A stretch of DNA of 32,000 bases from the NCBI GenBank assembly GCA_947476465.1, contig CANJQN010000009.1, positions 52,611-84,610 on the forward strand, given 5' to 3'. This DNA is from Comamonadaceae bacterium. GTDB lineage: Bacteria > Pseudomonadota > Gammaproteobacteria > Burkholderiales > Burkholderiaceae_C. Under the pieces are notes generated by a model that saw only the letters and a program-made list of their open reading frames with translations, did not search any database and was not told the DNA's origin. This document shows, one piece after another, positions 29,779-32,000 of this stretch; the first letter of the stretch is position 1; each line of letters starts with the position of its first letter. Both the position numbers and the translations under genes were made by a program.

Positions 29779-32000
29779 TCAGTCCCCGCGGCCGGGCCGC
29801 AAGCGGCGTACGTGCATCACAGCCGGTGTGCGGCGCAGCACGCGCATCGCGTTCTCCAGGTGGGTGCGGTCGCGCACGGCGACGATGAAGCGCAGGTCGG
29901 CCGCGTCGTGGGCGGCGCGGTCGTCGTCCATGTCGACGTGGGTGATGTCGGCTTCGGTGCCGGCCAGCGCCGAGGCCACGCGCGCCAGCACGCCCTTGCC
30001 GTTGATCACCCGCACCAGCAGTTGTGTCTCGAAGGGGCGCACGGGTTCGTCGGACCATTCGACGCCGATGAATCGCTCTGCGTCCTTGTGCTGCAGGCGC
30101 CGGGCGACGCTGCAGTCTTCGGCATGCACCACCAGGCCTTCACCGCGGCCGAGGTAGCCCACGATGCCGTCGCCCGGCACCGGCCGGCAGCAGTTGGCGT
30201 ACTGCACCGAGGCGTTTTCGCTGCCGTCGAGCATGACGCCGCCTTGCGACACGTTTTCGTGCGCCGTGAAGCGCTCGCGCGTGATCAGCAGTGCATCGCG
30301 CTTGCCGCCACGGTCGCCCAGCAGTGTCACCAGCCGCTTGGCCACGATGGTGGCAATGCGCTTGCCCAGGCCCAGGTCGGACAGCAACTCGTCGCGTGTG
30401 CGGCTGCCGGTGAACCGAAGCAGCTTGTCCCACAGCACCTGGTGGTCGGCGTCGTCGGCCGGCAGCCGCTCGAAGCCTTCGGCGCGCAGCGCCTGCGTGA
30501 GCAGCTTCTCTCCGAGGTCGCGCGACTCGGTGTGGGCCATCGACTTGAGGTGGTGGCGGATCTTGGAGCGCGCGCGCCCGGTGCGCACGAAGCCCAGCCA
30601 CGCCGGGTTGGGGGCGGAGGCCGGCGCGGTCACCACCTCGACCACGTCGCCGTTCTTGAGCTCGGTGCGCAGCGGCACCTGCTCGCCGTTGATCTTGGCG
30701 GCCACCGTGCGGTCGCCGATGTCGCTGTGGATGGAATAAGCGAAGTCGACCACTGTCGCACCGCGCGGCAAGGCCATGATCTGGCTGCGCGGGGTGAACA
30801 CATAGACGGCGTCGGGGAACAGGTCGATCTTGACGTGGTCCCAGAACTCGGCGGCGTCGCGCGTCTCGTGCTGGATGTCCAGCAGCGACTGCAGCCATTT
30901 GGTGCCCAGGCGGTCGCCCGACTCACCGTCTTTCGTGTTGGCCTTGTACAGCCAGTGCGCGGCCACGCCCGATTCGGCCACCACGTGCATGGGCTCGGTG
31001 CGCACCTGGAACTCGACGTTCACGCCCGAGGGGCCCACCAGCGTCGTGTGCAGCGACTGGTAGCCGTTGACCTTGGGGATGGCGATGTGGTCCTTGAAGC
31101 GGCCGGGCACCGGCTTGTACAACTGGTGCAGGATGCCCAAAGCGGTGTAGCAGTCGGTGACCGTCGGCACGATCACCCTAAAACCGTAGATGTCGGTCAC
31201 CTGGGCGAAGCTCAGGTGCTTTTCGTCCATCTTGCGGTAGACGGAATACAGCGTCTTTTCGCGGCCGGCCAGGGTGGTGGGCATGCCGGCGTTGCCGAAT
31301 GATTTCTCCACCTCGCGCTGCACCTTCTGAATGAGGTCGCGGCGGCGGCTGCGCGCCTTGGACACCGCCTTGAGCAGCACCCCGTGGCGCCAGGGCCTGA
31401 GATGGCGAAAGGCCAGCTCCTGCAGTTCGCGGTAGGTCTGGTTCAGGCCCAGCCGGTGGGCGATCGGGGCGTAGATTTCCAGCGTCTCGGACGAGATGCG
31501 CGTCCACTTGGCGCGAGGCATGTCGTCCAGTGTGCGCATGTTGTGCGTGCGATCGGCCAGCTTGACCAGGATCACGCGCACGTCGCGCGCCATCGCCAGC
31601 AGCATCTTGCGAAACGACTCGGCCTGGTTCTCCTCGCGGGTGTCGAACTGCAGCCTGTCGAGCTTGGTCAGGCCATCGACCAGTTCGGCCACCGGCGCCC
31701 CAAAGCGCTTGATCAGGTCGGGCTTGGTCACGCCGCAATCCTCGATCGCGTCGTGCAGCAGCGCGGCCATCAGGGCCTGAGCGTCGAGCTTCCATTCGGC
31801 GCACTGGGCCGCCACGGCGATCGGGTGGGTGATGTAGGGCTCGCCGCTGGCGCGAATTTGCCCCAGATGCGCCTCGTCGGCGAAGCGGTAGGCCTGTCGT
31901 ACGTGCTCGATGTCACCGGGCTCCATGTAATCGAGCTTGTTGGTGAGCGCAGCAAAGCTCGCCGCCGCGGCATTGGCCGCGGCTGGGCTCGGCGGAGTCT
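29779..32000 (-). CDS. spoT: Bifunctional (p)ppGpp synthetase/hydrolase SpoT/RelA-family, 5'-partial (start beyond window end)
   Basis: HD hydrolase (HPIAVAA...LLHDAIEDCG), synthetase (YGFRVIV, GYQSLHTTL), TGS (VFTPRSQIMALPRGATVVDFAYSIH) and a C-terminal ACT-like region. The frame stays open from 31927 to 32000 (..SFAALTNKLDY before Met), and this aligns with conserved N-terminal SpoT residues. Confidence 0.9.
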   Translation of the reverse strand, partial: TPPSPAAANAAAASFAALTNKLDYMEPGDIEHVRQAYRFADEAHLGQIRASGEPYITHPIAVAAQCAEWKLDAQALMAALLHDAIEDCGVTKPDLIKRFGAPVAELVDGLTKLDRLQFDTREENQAESFRKMLLAMARDVRVILVKLADRTHNMRTLDDMPRAKWTRISSETLEIYAPIAHRLGLNQTYRELQELAFRHLRPWRHGVLLKAVSKARSRRRDLIQKVQREVEKSFGNAGMPTTLAGREKTLYSVYRKMDEKHLSFAQVTDIYGFRVIVPTVTDCYTALGILHQLYKPVPGRFKDHIAIPKVNGYQSLHTTLVGPSGVNVEFQVRTEPMHVVAESGVAAHWLYKANTKDGESGDRLGTKWLQSLLDIQHETRDAAEFWDHVKIDLFPDAVYVFTPRSQIMALPRGATVVDFAYSIHSDIGDRTVAAKINGEQVPLRTELKNGDVVEVVTAPASAPNPAWLGFVRTGRARSKIRHHLKSMAHTESRDLGEKLLTQALRAEGFERLPADDADHQVLWDKLLRFTGSRTRDELLSDLGLGKRIATIVAKRLVTLLGDRGGKRDALLITRERFTAHENVSQGGVMLDGSENASVQYANCCRPVPGDGIVGYLGRGEGLVVHAEDCSVARRLQHKDAERFIGVEWSDEPVRPFETQLLVRVINGKGVLARVASALAGTEADITHVDMDDDRAAHDAADLRFIVAVRDRTHLENAMRVLRRTPAVMHVRRLRPGRGD

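Noticed and set aside
29812-31302. 496-aa plus-strand ORF antisense to spoT
   Set aside because: It is a shadow ORF. The His/Gly/Ala/Val-rich translation is the mirror of a highly conserved SpoT coding frame.
31924-31926. ATG at 31926 as the spoT start codon (715-aa ORF)
   Set aside because: The frame is open to the window edge. The residues before this Met (FAALTNKLDY) align with the conserved N-terminal segment of SpoT proteins, so the real start is outside the window.
1-32000. Search for mobile elements, CRISPR arrays, tRNA/rRNA genes, or defence/toxin-antitoxin-like gene pairs
   Set aside because: I saw no transposase, integrase or recombinase-like ORFs. There are no long terminal inverted repeats, no regularly spaced direct repeats, no cloverleaf-compatible segments in the intergenic gaps, and no small two-gene cassettes. 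The only decay signatures are the SDR and LysR relics reported above.

Overview
High-GC proteobacterial chromosomal segment. By eye it fits a Burkholderiales/Comamonadaceae-type betaproteobacterium: three Bug/TctC solute-binding genes and a SpoT/GreB housekeeping pair (taxonomy is inference only). I support about 26 intact CDS plus 2 gene relics. I saw no rRNA, tRNA, CRISPR array, transposase or integrase. Content: (i) A minus-strand block at 523-10715 opens with a compact coenzyme F420 operon (LLM oxidoreductase, fbiC, npdG, cofE, cofD, cofC). It continues co-directionally with CMD-family, Ldh_2-family dehydrogenase, BKACE and SDR genes, and a LysR regulator is divergent from it. (ii) A paralog-rich catabolic area at 12.1-25.1 kb holds two ~590-aa FMO-type class B flavoprotein monooxygenase paralogs. 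One of them heads an FMO-SDR-CMD-amidohydrolase-acyl-CoA ligase operon. The area also holds three orphan Bug binding proteins, a quinone-oxidoreductase-like MDR gene, and two decayed fragments (SDR, LysR). (iii) A signalling module at 25.2-29.0 kb has a stand-alone receiver, a triple-PAS GGDEF-EAL protein, and a small soluble histidine-kinase-like protein that keeps the H-box but lacks recognisable ATP-binding boxes. (iv) greB and spoT are convergent with abutting stop codons. The best candidates for something undescribed are: the unexplained four-gene tail on an F420 operon whose CofE lacks the FbiB reductase domain (the side-chain precursor question); the pseudo-kinase/receiver/c-di-GMP module; and the FMO-led operon of unknown substrate. 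All family calls rest on motif recognition by eye and need HMM or BLAST confirmation.
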